A program made the position numbers and the translations under genes. From Candidatus Gottesmanbacteria bacterium RIFCSPLOWO2_01_FULL_39_12b (GTDB lineage Bacteria > Patescibacteriota > Microgenomatia > 2-02-FULL-39-11), in NCBI GenBank assembly GCA_001780955.1, contig MFJR01000007.1:75053-139052 (forward strand): DNA of 64,000 nt, given 5' to 3'. The notes under the pieces were generated by a model. That model searched no databases, had not been told where the DNA came from, and saw only the letters and a program-made list of their open reading frames with translations. Of the stretch, positions 49,985 to 58,553 are shown one piece after another (position 1 is the stretch's first letter; each line of letters starts with the position of its first letter).

Positions 49985-50914
49985 TCAGCCGTGATTTTTT
50001 CTCCAAAATTCCATGATGTTTTCCAAAGATTGAGTGATCGAGTATTTGGGTTCAAATCCGAGTAAATTTAATCTTTTGGGATCTCCTACCAGATAATTGT
50101 CATCGTAAGCCCGGTATCTTGATTTATCATATCTAACCGGGATTTTAACTTTTGCCATTTTTATCATGATCGCAAGTACTTCTTTAAGTTGTCTTCCACG
50201 GCCTGAGCAAATATTATAAACATCATAGCTGTTGCCGTTTTTTGAGATAATATTTAATGCATTTACAAAATCCCGAATATCAATAAAATCCCTGAAAGAT
50301 GTCAGATTGCCTACAGGTAAATATTTTTCCAGTCCCCTTTCTATGGTCACTATTCTGGAGGCAAAATCTGATACAGCATCTCCATTCTTGCCGGGACCAA
50401 TAATGGCAAATGGCCGTAAGTGGTAGGCTGGTAATAAATAAAGCCTTTTATAAATCGATACTAGATGGCCTTGAGCTACTTTACTGACGCCATAAGGATT
50501 GGACGGGTAAAGAGCTGAATCTTCCGAAAACGACTTGTTTGTCAAGGAGTTTTTTCCGTACTCTGAACTAGATCCAAAGGAAAATAGCTTAATTTTTCTT
50601 TTTGAGATGCGGATCGCTTCCAATAAATTTAAGGTCCCATTTACATTGATTTGCATTGTTTCCTGAGGGTGAATTATGGAGTAAGGGATATTACTTTGGG
50701 AAGAAAGATGATAAATACTGCCAGGTGAGACTTCTTGGATGATATTATTTACTAATTTTGAATCTGTTATATCGCTTTGATACTGGACTATTTTTTTTGG
50801 TAAAGAATTATTTTTTTTTCTCGATAAACCAAACACTTCATGTCCTTTTTTCATTAAGTCGTAAGACAGCCAGTATCCTACAAATCCACTAATTCCGGTA
50901 ATTAAGATTTTCAT
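49985..50914 (-). CDS. GDP-4-keto-6-deoxymannose reductase / GDP-mannose dehydratase-like SDR (Rmd-like)
   Basis: ITGISGFVG, GSSSEYG, PYGVSK, SDFASRI, GNL..RDFIDIRD, YNICSG. Confidence 0.72.
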   Translation of the reverse strand: MKILITGISGFVGYWLSYDLMKKGHEVFGLSRKKNNSLPKKIVQYQSDITDSKLVNNIIQEVSPGSIYHLSSQSNIPYSIIHPQETMQINVNGTLNLLEAIRISKRKIKLFSFGSSSEYGKNSLTNKSFSEDSALYPSNPYGVSKVAQGHLVSIYKRLYLLPAYHLRPFAIIGPGKNGDAVSDFASRIVTIERGLEKYLPVGNLTSFRDFIDIRDFVNALNIISKNGNSYDVYNICSGRGRQLKEVLAIMIKMAKVKIPVRYDKSRYRAYDDNYLVGDPKRLNLLGFEPKYSITQSLENIMEFWRKNHG

Positions 50915-51921
50915 TTAGTCAAAAATTCAGTACGATTGGTCTTGGATGACTTATAAATTTTATTTACCACTTCCATCGCATACAATCCGTCTTGTCCGTT
51001 ACCAGTTGGTTCGCGTCGACTGGAAATAGAATTTTTAAATTCATTCCATTCACTTTTCCAGGAGATATCTTCTTGTCTATACTCGATTGTCTTATGATTA
51101 AACGGTGAGGCTGGAGTGTTTAACCCGAAAATGAGTTTTTCTGTGCCATAGCTTCCTCCCAAGCCAGAAACGTTAAGATATCCTTTCTCACCATAAATTT
51201 CAAAGTCAAACAGATTTTTCCATTGGGTTAAACTCGAATGGATACTTATACATGCACCTGAACTCGTTTCGAGAATAGCGAAAGCATTATCCTCAAGCGG
51301 TTGTATAGGCCAATAATTGGTTTTTACAAAACCTGTTACTTTATGAAACTTACCGAGAAACCAATGAAATAAGTCTATTAAATGTATACCTTGTTCCATC
51401 AGCTGTCCTCCTCCTACAATTTTTCGATTCGAGCGCCATTCCTTTTTCAGTCCGATTCTACCCTGGATGCCGTAACGGCCCCTTCCAAATAAAGGTCTAC
51501 CGATTAAGCCTTTGGAAAAAATTTTGTAGGCTTCACAAACGGCCGGATGATAACGATGATTAAATCCGCATTTCAGAATTCGTTTTGTAGAATCGGCGGT
51601 ATTTACCATCAACTTGGCTTGATTTAGATCACGGGCCAAAGGTTTTTCACATAAAACATCCTTTTCTGATTGCATTGCCGCAATCGATATCTGCGCGTGC
51701 GAATCCGGATAGGTTAACACAAGGACTGCATGGGTCTCTCTATCTCTGATAGCCACCTTCCAGTCGGTATCCCACTTCGCGTTATAAAGACTTGCGAGTA
51801 ATTGTGCTTTGTGAGATTGTCTATCTATTACCCAGGATATCTTATAATGTTTATCATCTAGTATAGGAGGTAAACGACGCATTGCCTGTCGTCCGGCACC
51901 GATTACCGCAATTTTTTTCAT
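50911..51921 (-). CDS. Gfo/Idh/MocA family oxidoreductase
   Basis: VIGAG, VLCEKP, GFNHRY, GGGQLMEQGIHLID. Confidence 0.88.
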   Translation of the reverse strand: MKKIAVIGAGRQAMRRLPPILDDKHYKISWVIDRQSHKAQLLASLYNAKWDTDWKVAIRDRETHAVLVLTYPDSHAQISIAAMQSEKDVLCEKPLARDLNQAKLMVNTADSTKRILKCGFNHRYHPAVCEAYKIFSKGLIGRPLFGRGRYGIQGRIGLKKEWRSNRKIVGGGQLMEQGIHLIDLFHWFLGKFHKVTGFVKTNYWPIQPLEDNAFAILETSSGACISIHSSLTQWKNLFDFEIYGEKGYLNVSGLGGSYGTEKLIFGLNTPASPFNHKTIEYRQEDISWKSEWNEFKNSISSRREPTGNGQDGLYAMEVVNKIYKSSKTNRTEFLTK

Positions 51922-51941
51922 ATTATTTAGTCATTCTTGAA

Positions 51942-53291
51942 TTAATAATTGTTATTATAACCTGAAGATCCCGATTTAATAAATTTATTTAAATTTACCG
52001 GTTTTCCGTTTAGTTGACCGGCTGTTTTCAAAGATCGGGAAACTACAGAGTCGACATTTATATATTCAAAATAACTGAATCTTCCAACCAGATGTATTCC
52101 TTGTTTGGGAAACCATTCCCTTATTATTTTTGTGTTTTCCCGGTAGTGAACATCATAAACGACGTAAGCGTAAGGAATTCTTATTATTTTTTTATAGACA
52201 ATATCTTTCTCGTTTGAAATAAAACCTCTTTTTATCAACCCATCTTGAACGTGTTCTAAGATTTGGTTATCATTTTTTTTCCAGGTTTCCGAATTTTTCT
52301 TACAGGTGATATCCGCCTGGATGCTGTAATAATCTTTCGGGCTGTTATAAGGAGAAAGTGTTTTAGGGAAACAAATTCTATTTACCAAGAATTCTTTCTC
52401 GGGAAAATAAACGGCAGTAAACTGATTTTTATCAATACCATGTAGTCCAAAGTAGACAGCAAACATCGGATTAACTATAAGTTTTTTTACGGCTGTTTTG
52501 ACTTTTTGAGGGATTTCTATATCAATAATTTTTATAAGCTCTTGGATAGGAATGGTTGATATGATTTGGTTAAAGCAATAACTTTTATATCCGTTTGAAA
52601 CTCCGAAATTATTTCCATTTTTAGAAATTTTTTTTACTTTAAAGTTGTATTCTACGGGTAATTTTGAGGCCCAAACATCAGAAAGTGTCTGGTACCCTCC
52701 TTTTAATGGATAGTGATAGTATAACTGATGAGTATAGCCTTCCGTTTCAAATCCCAACGAGGATTTTATAATATCTTCAGCCGGAGGCCTGGGAATTCTT
52801 TCAGCCCATATCATTGATAATTTATCTACTGGTATATTCCAAACCTTTTCATTGTAAGGAAAAAGGTATTTCTCACAGATTCCTTTACCGAAGTGGAAAA
52901 GAAGCCATTGTTTAAGGTTTTTAATTCTTTTTATTTTCTTTTTATAAGGATTGAATAAATAACTTTTGAGGCATTGATAGTTATCTTCTAAAGGTAATGA
53001 TTTAAGATCGTTTTCGAAGGGATATTTTATGAGTCTTCCAGAATACCAGATTTTATTTTTTCTTTTGCATCGGTGGACATTTTTACCTAAACAGGATATC
53101 ATGAAATCAAGAATTTCTTTATTTTTAGAAAACATAATATGTGGACCATAATCAAAGGTGAACCCCTTATCCTTAAAAGATCCGGCATGACCACCGGGAT
53201 GATTATTCTTTTCCAATATCAAGTTTTCTGCCTTTAAAAAAAGACCCATGGTTAACCCCGAGGGTCCGGCACCTATTATTCCGTATTTCAT
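51942..53291 (-). CDS. FAD-dependent oxidoreductase, UDP-galactopyranose-mutase-like
   Basis: IIGAGPSGL, FDYGPHIMFS, YPFEN, PYNEKVW, WAERIPRP, YPLKGGY, GRFSYFEY. Confidence 0.72.
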   Translation of the reverse strand: MKYGIIGAGPSGLTMGLFLKAENLILEKNNHPGGHAGSFKDKGFTFDYGPHIMFSKNKEILDFMISCLGKNVHRCKRKNKIWYSGRLIKYPFENDLKSLPLEDNYQCLKSYLFNPYKKKIKRIKNLKQWLLFHFGKGICEKYLFPYNEKVWNIPVDKLSMIWAERIPRPPAEDIIKSSLGFETEGYTHQLYYHYPLKGGYQTLSDVWASKLPVEYNFKVKKISKNGNNFGVSNGYKSYCFNQIISTIPIQELIKIIDIEIPQKVKTAVKKLIVNPMFAVYFGLHGIDKNQFTAVYFPEKEFLVNRICFPKTLSPYNSPKDYYSIQADITCKKNSETWKKNDNQILEHVQDGLIKRGFISNEKDIVYKKIIRIPYAYVVYDVHYRENTKIIREWFPKQGIHLVGRFSYFEYINVDSVVSRSLKTAGQLNGKPVNLNKFIKSGSSGYNNNY

Positions 53292-54232
53292 TTTTCTTTC
53301 CCCAATAAAACCCTAACAGTCTTGAGTACTACCCCACGTGAAGAATAATGTTCTCGCCAGCCTAATTTTTTTAATCTTGAATTATCGATTCTCACTTTGG
53401 CAATATCACCTTTCCAGCCAATTTTCCCCCCGCGGTAAAAAATATTTACTTTTTTAAGATTCATCTCTCTTATAATTATTTTTGCGATCTCATTGACTGT
53501 GATGAAGGTATCTGATGATAGGTTGAAAATATTTATATCCCTCTTAGCTTTTTCAAGTATTAGAAACATTGCTTCAATTACATCTGAGACGTAGATATAT
53601 GACTTGCTTTGCCTGCCGTCCCCTAAAATCTCAAGATTAGCGGAATTCTGTCTTAGTTTCATGATAAAATCGAATAGGACTCCGTGAGTTAGGTTGGGCC
53701 CGATAATATTGGCGGGTCTGATTATCCATGCTTGCATATCAAACAGCTTTACAAATGCAGAAATCATGCTTTCAGCCGAAAGCTTGGTCGCTCCGTACAT
53801 TGAGACCGGAAGAAGCGGACCGAGATCTTCAGAGGCAAATTTATCCCCGATATCTCCATAGACGCCGCTGCCCGAGGTATAAAATATTTTTTTTATTCCT
53901 TTTGCTTTCATTTCACAGAGAATGTTAAAAGTGGCCAGAATTGTATTTTGGAAATCGATTTCAGGGCTTTTTGCGCTTTTGGCAATATCCGAGTTTGCCG
54001 CTAAATGAAAAACCAAGTCGATATTCGAAGATAAATTTTCTTGAAGTTGTTTTTTATTAATTAAATCAATCTTTATAAACTTAAATCGGGGGTTTGAAAT
54101 ATATTGGGACAGAAACGATTCTGTTTTCATACTCAAGTTATCAAATACCGATACCCGATGGCCTTTCTGCAAAAGAGAAGCTGTAAGATTGGAACCGATA
54201 AAACCAGCTCCACCGGTAATTAGGATATTCAT
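53288..54232 (-). CDS. NAD-dependent epimerase (UDP-glucose 4-epimerase-like)
   Basis: ITGGAGFIGS, HLAANSD, YGATK, ILGDGRQSKSYIYV, GWKGD. Confidence 0.85.
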   Translation of the reverse strand: MNILITGGAGFIGSNLTASLLQKGHRVSVFDNLSMKTESFLSQYISNPRFKFIKIDLINKKQLQENLSSNIDLVFHLAANSDIAKSAKSPEIDFQNTILATFNILCEMKAKGIKKIFYTSGSGVYGDIGDKFASEDLGPLLPVSMYGATKLSAESMISAFVKLFDMQAWIIRPANIIGPNLTHGVLFDFIMKLRQNSANLEILGDGRQSKSYIYVSDVIEAMFLILEKAKRDINIFNLSSDTFITVNEIAKIIIREMNLKKVNIFYRGGKIGWKGDIAKVRIDNSRLKKLGWREHYSSRGVVLKTVRVLLGKEK

Positions 54233-54235
54233 ATG

Positions 54236-55126
54236 TTATTTAGTGGCTATAATAACTAAATTTCCAGGATATATTTTAATTTTTAAATTATCTAGTTTAA
54301 AAAATTTTAATAATTTAACAGTTAAATGTTTAATATTATTCGGGATAGGCATAAGATGTATCCAGTAAGCCAATTTATGAATGTTTAAAGCGCTTTCGAC
54401 CTTTAATACTTTAAAATTATGCTTCTCAAAAATTTTTTTAATTGTTATATGACTGTAAAGATAGGTATGTTCGATATCAATTATCGGGCTTTTTTCTCCC
54501 AAGATTTTTGCAAATAACGATTCTACATCATGGTTAAGAAAAAGCATATACCCGCCTCTTTTTAAGATTTTGTAGCATTCTTTAATAATCTTGTTTGGAT
54601 CCGGGATGTGGTCTAGGGTTTGAAAACAGCAAATAACATCAAAAAAATTCTTATGAAAAAGGCTAGGTTTAAAGATGCCTTCTTTTATATATGTCTTTAG
54701 GTTATGATTAGCTTTTGCAACGGATTTTTTTCCTGGCTCTACACCATAAACTTGCCCATAATTTTGTTTTAGGGCTTCTTCTAGAAAAAAGCCGTTACCA
54801 CATCCTATTTCCAGCAATCTTTCTTTCGAAACTCTATATTTGTCAAGTTGTTTCAAATAATATCCGTAAGTTTCTCTAAGGTTTTCTATTTGTTCATCGT
54901 AGGAGACAAAACTTTTCTGATAAAGGGAGGCGATTTTACCGTATTCAATTACGGGATTTGAATATATCAGTTTACAATTATTACATTGGACGATCCGGTA
55001 ATGAATTCTATCCGGCAGTCTTCTGGCTGAAAATATTTTTTCGTTAATTTTTTTTAGGTCAAAATTTTCTTTGTAGACGACTCGATAGTCACTTTTGTTA
55101 CAGATTGCGCAATTCTGATATATCAT
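54236..55126 (-). CDS. Class I SAM methyltransferase with N-terminal Zn-ribbon
   Basis: CAIC...CNNC, LLEIGCGNGFF, GVEP, QTLDHIPDP. Confidence 0.82.
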   Translation of the reverse strand: MIYQNCAICNKSDYRVVYKENFDLKKINEKIFSARRLPDRIHYRIVQCNNCKLIYSNPVIEYGKIASLYQKSFVSYDEQIENLRETYGYYLKQLDKYRVSKERLLEIGCGNGFFLEEALKQNYGQVYGVEPGKKSVAKANHNLKTYIKEGIFKPSLFHKNFFDVICCFQTLDHIPDPNKIIKECYKILKRGGYMLFLNHDVESLFAKILGEKSPIIDIEHTYLYSHITIKKIFEKHNFKVLKVESALNIHKLAYWIHLMPIPNNIKHLTVKLLKFFKLDNLKIKIYPGNLVIIATK

Positions 55127-55158
55127 TTTGTCTATATTTGGATTAATCTATTTTTACA

Positions 55159-55167
55159 TAGTATAAT
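55159..55167. promoter_or_regulatory. Overlapping divergent -10 elements (TAGTATAAT plus / TATACT minus)
   Basis: tagtataat in the 43-nt gap between the divergent methyltransferase and transketolase genes. Confidence 0.4.
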
Positions 55168-55169
55168 GT

Positions 55170-55958
55170 ATGCGTCAATTTTCCTTATTTATGCTACAGA
55201 GACAACTAAGGTTAAAAATACTCAAGATTGCGAACCTATCCAAATCCAGTCATTGTCATATAGGATCTTGTTTATCTTGTATTGATATTTTAATCCAAAC
55301 ATTAATTTATGAGATGGGGGAACGGGATAAATTTGTTCTTTCTAAAGGACATGCCTCTCTTGCTTTATACGTCGTTTTAAATTATTTGGGAAAAATTTCA
55401 GATAAAACCCTATCAACATATTTTCAAAACAATACTAAACTAGGAATTCACACACCTTCTACTTTACAAAGAGATATCCCGTTAGGTACTGGAAGTTTAG
55501 GCCACGGACTTTCTTTTTCTTGTGGTCTAGCCTTAGGTAATCTTATGGCAAATAAACAAAATCCTAGGAACGTTTATTGCTTAATTTCTGATGGGGAATG
55601 TAACGAAGGGGCAATTTGGGAAGCAGCACTCTTTGCCACCGCGCACAAATTATATAATCTAATAATCATAGTTGATAAAAACGGGTTACAGGCGTTTGGT
55701 AAAACTAAGGATATTTTAGGCGACGGAGCGGCAATTGAGAAATGGAAGTCATTCGGGTTCAATACTTATGAGTGCGACGGTCATAATTTAAATGAGTTAA
55801 AACGGGTTTTTAACGAAATAAAAATAAATGTCGGTTCCAGACCGAATATTGTCATCTGTAAAACAGTAAGAGGAAAAGGGTTAAAAGTTATTGAGAATAA
55901 AGTAGTATCAAATTACGTATCTGTTGATGAGAAATTATTGAATTCTATTTATTTATGA
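55170..55958 (+). CDS. Transketolase, N-terminal (ThDP-binding) subunit
   Basis: HIGSCLS, LSKGHA, TGSLGHG, SDGECNEG..WEA, DKNGLQ; true start may be 55191. Confidence 0.88.
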   Translation: MRQFSLFMLQRQLRLKILKIANLSKSSHCHIGSCLSCIDILIQTLIYEMGERDKFVLSKGHASLALYVVLNYLGKISDKTLSTYFQNNTKLGIHTPSTLQRDIPLGTGSLGHGLSFSCGLALGNLMANKQNPRNVYCLISDGECNEGAIWEAALFATAHKLYNLIIIVDKNGLQAFGKTKDILGDGAAIEKWKSFGFNTYECDGHNLNELKRVFNEIKINVGSRPNIVICKTVRGKGLKVIENKVVSNYVSVDEKLLNSIYL

Positions 55959-55965
55959 TTAAAGA

Positions 55966-56877
55966 ATGAAACAACAACTTGCAAGATCATTAAAAAGACT
56001 AGCGATGAAAGACAGGAAAATAATCTTTATAACCGGAGATTTAGGATTTAACGCTTTTGAAGAGTTACAAAAAACGATGCAGGACAGATTCATTAACGCC
56101 GGTGTAGCCGAACATAACATGATTACGCTGGCCGCAGGTTTGGCTTATATGGGTTTTAAACCCTGGATATACAGTATTGCACCATTTATCACAATTAAAG
56201 TATTAGAGGAGATACGTAATGATGTTAGTTTGACAAAGTCAGACATAAAAATTATAGGACTAGGAGCTGGATTTGATTATGGAATAGCCGGACCAACCCA
56301 TCATGCCATACAAGATGTTGGCGCAGTTCTTTCACTGCCTAATATGAAGGTATACGCCCCGGGATTTATTGAAGATGTCGATACGGTTATTGATAAGATA
56401 TACCGTTATAAAGGACCAGTTTACTTAAGATTATCGAAGGAAGAAAAAGCAAAACTAAAAGTTCCCCAATATGCACCTCTTAGAAGGATTAATAGAGGAG
56501 CGAAAGTTACCGTCGTGGCATTAGGTAATATTATTCAGGAAGTAATTAAGGCCTCCTTTCTTCTCAAAGATAATTTAAGAAGCATTGATATTTGGATAGT
56601 TAGTGAATTGCCACTAAAATTTGAACAGAAATTGATCGACTCGATCAAGAGGACGAGAAAATTAATCGTGGTGGAAGAACATGTTTCAACAGGGGGACTG
56701 GGAGCATATTTATCCTCATACCTTATGAAAAATTACCCTATGGTAGTTAAACAGTTTACTCACAAGTGTGTACAGGGATATAAAAGCAGAAATTACGGAG
56801 ATAGACAGTTTCATTTGCGAGAGAATGATTTGGATGCTGAAAGTATTTTTTCAACTTTGAAAACATTCACTTCTTAA
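55966..56877 (+). CDS. Transketolase, C-terminal (pyrimidine-binding) subunit
   Basis: TGDLG, NAGVAEHNM, GPTHHA, GPVYLRL, VEEH. Confidence 0.88.
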   Translation: MKQQLARSLKRLAMKDRKIIFITGDLGFNAFEELQKTMQDRFINAGVAEHNMITLAAGLAYMGFKPWIYSIAPFITIKVLEEIRNDVSLTKSDIKIIGLGAGFDYGIAGPTHHAIQDVGAVLSLPNMKVYAPGFIEDVDTVIDKIYRYKGPVYLRLSKEEKAKLKVPQYAPLRRINRGAKVTVVALGNIIQEVIKASFLLKDNLRSIDIWIVSELPLKFEQKLIDSIKRTRKLIVVEEHVSTGGLGAYLSSYLMKNYPMVVKQFTHKCVQGYKSRNYGDRQFHLRENDLDAESIFSTLKTFTS

Positions 56878-56883
56878 ATCTAT

Positions 56884-57843
56884 TTGTCAAAAGATAAATC
56901 TTTTATCAATAAACTTAATGGTCCGATTGCAGTCTTTGGCGCAGGTGGATTTATTGGTTTCAATTTACTTCAAAAATTATTGGAAAGACGGCAGGATGTT
57001 TTAGGGTTGTCGCATGACCCAAAAAACTCATGGAGAATTAAGGAATCACCCAAGATACAAAGATATATCCAAAGATGTGATGTCTTAAATATCTTAGAGT
57101 TGAAAACAATACTTAATAAATATAAACCTCAAACAATTTTTAATTTAGCCGCTTATGGGGCGTATTCAGATCAGCAGAATATAGAATATATTTATTCGAC
57201 TAATTTCAACTCGACAATCTCTATAATAGAGATTCTTAAAAGAAATGGGTTTAAGGCTTATATTCATGCCGGTTCCCAATCGGAATATGGGTTAAATTCG
57301 TCTGGACCTTTCGAAGATAACGATCTTATACCGAACAGTCATTATGCGGTAGCTAAGGTAGCATCTCATTATTTGATCAAGTATTACGGATTAGTAGAAA
57401 AATTACCGGTTATTCATCTAAGATTTTATTCAGTCTACGGACCGTGGGAAGAGAAAGGAAGATTAATTAAGACAATCATCGAAAAAGCAAAAAATAAAAA
57501 ATTACCTGATTTTGTTGATCCAAATGTAACCCACGATTTTATTTATATTGACGATGTCATTGAGGCCATAATTATCTCAGCTGTTAAAGTAAACAAAAAA
57601 ATATTTGGAGAAGTATTTAACGTTGCCACAGGCAAAAAAACTTCAATTAAAGAAATAGCGTTTCTTGCTAAAAAAATATTTAGATTAACCGTTCAACCTA
57701 AGTTTAATAGAATGCAAAACAGGCTATGGGATATGGCTGATTGGTACGGAAACAGCAATAAAGCGTTAAAAGTATTAGGGTGGCAGGCAAAGGTTAGCCT
57801 GACGGAAGGATTGATAAAAACCTACCAGCACAAATATGGCTAA
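56884..57843 (+). CDS. NAD-dependent epimerase/reductase
   Basis: GAGGFIG, NLAAYG, GSQSEYG, YAVAK, YSVYGPWE; TTG start. Confidence 0.85.
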   Translation: MSKDKSFINKLNGPIAVFGAGGFIGFNLLQKLLERRQDVLGLSHDPKNSWRIKESPKIQRYIQRCDVLNILELKTILNKYKPQTIFNLAAYGAYSDQQNIEYIYSTNFNSTISIIEILKRNGFKAYIHAGSQSEYGLNSSGPFEDNDLIPNSHYAVAKVASHYLIKYYGLVEKLPVIHLRFYSVYGPWEEKGRLIKTIIEKAKNKKLPDFVDPNVTHDFIYIDDVIEAIIISAVKVNKKIFGEVFNVATGKKTSIKEIAFLAKKIFRLTVQPKFNRMQNRLWDMADWYGNSNKALKVLGWQAKVSLTEGLIKTYQHKYG

Positions 57844-58549
57844 GAATGTTATTTTGTCTGTTGTTTTTCCTGTTTTAAATCAGGCAGATCATATTAACAG
57901 GGTAATAAGTTCTTATCATAAATCTTTATCAAAGTTAAATATCAGATTTGAACTGATTACAGTAGTTAATGGTTCTTCCGATAACAGTATCGAAATCTGT
58001 AATAGCTTGGCTAAAAAAATAGACAATCTTCGAGTCTATGAAATAAAAGAAAAAGGCTATGGTCTTGGAATCCTTTACGGTATGGATAAAGCTGAGGGAA
58101 AATACCTCTGTTATTTAAATTCAGCAAGAGTATACGAAGATGAGCTGGTAAAATGTGTCAGAATTTTCCTCACCAAACCCGGGCTTTTATTGCAGGCGAT
58201 CAGGGTAAAAAGAGACGTTTATTACCGAAGACTAAGTTCAGTCATTTACAATTTCTTCTGTTGTTTAATATTTGGAATTCGTTCTCCCGATATTAACGGC
58301 AGCCCTAAAATATTTAGCAGAGAAAACTATCATTTACTTAATTTAAAATTTACTGACAGTATGATCGATTTAGAATTATTAGAGAAAGCTAAAGAGCAAG
58401 GACTGAAAGTGCTTGAAGTGCCTATTTACAAAAATAAAAGACACGGTGGCATTTCCACATCGAACTATAACACGATATTAAGACTGATAAGAGAAGTTAT
58501 ACGCTACTTTATCCTGACAAGATTATCTAAGAGAGCTTATAGCCTATAA
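57836..58549 (+). CDS. DPM1-like GT2 glycosyltransferase with atypical motifs
   Basis: VFPVLNQ, VVNGSSD, GYGLGI, DINGSPK, EVPI; LNSAR where DXD is expected. Confidence 0.7.
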   Translation: MAKNVILSVVFPVLNQADHINRVISSYHKSLSKLNIRFELITVVNGSSDNSIEICNSLAKKIDNLRVYEIKEKGYGLGILYGMDKAEGKYLCYLNSARVYEDELVKCVRIFLTKPGLLLQAIRVKRDVYYRRLSSVIYNFFCCLIFGIRSPDINGSPKIFSRENYHLLNLKFTDSMIDLELLEKAKEQGLKVLEVPIYKNKRHGGISTSNYNTILRLIREVIRYFILTRLSKRAYSL

Positions 58550-58553
58550 TATT

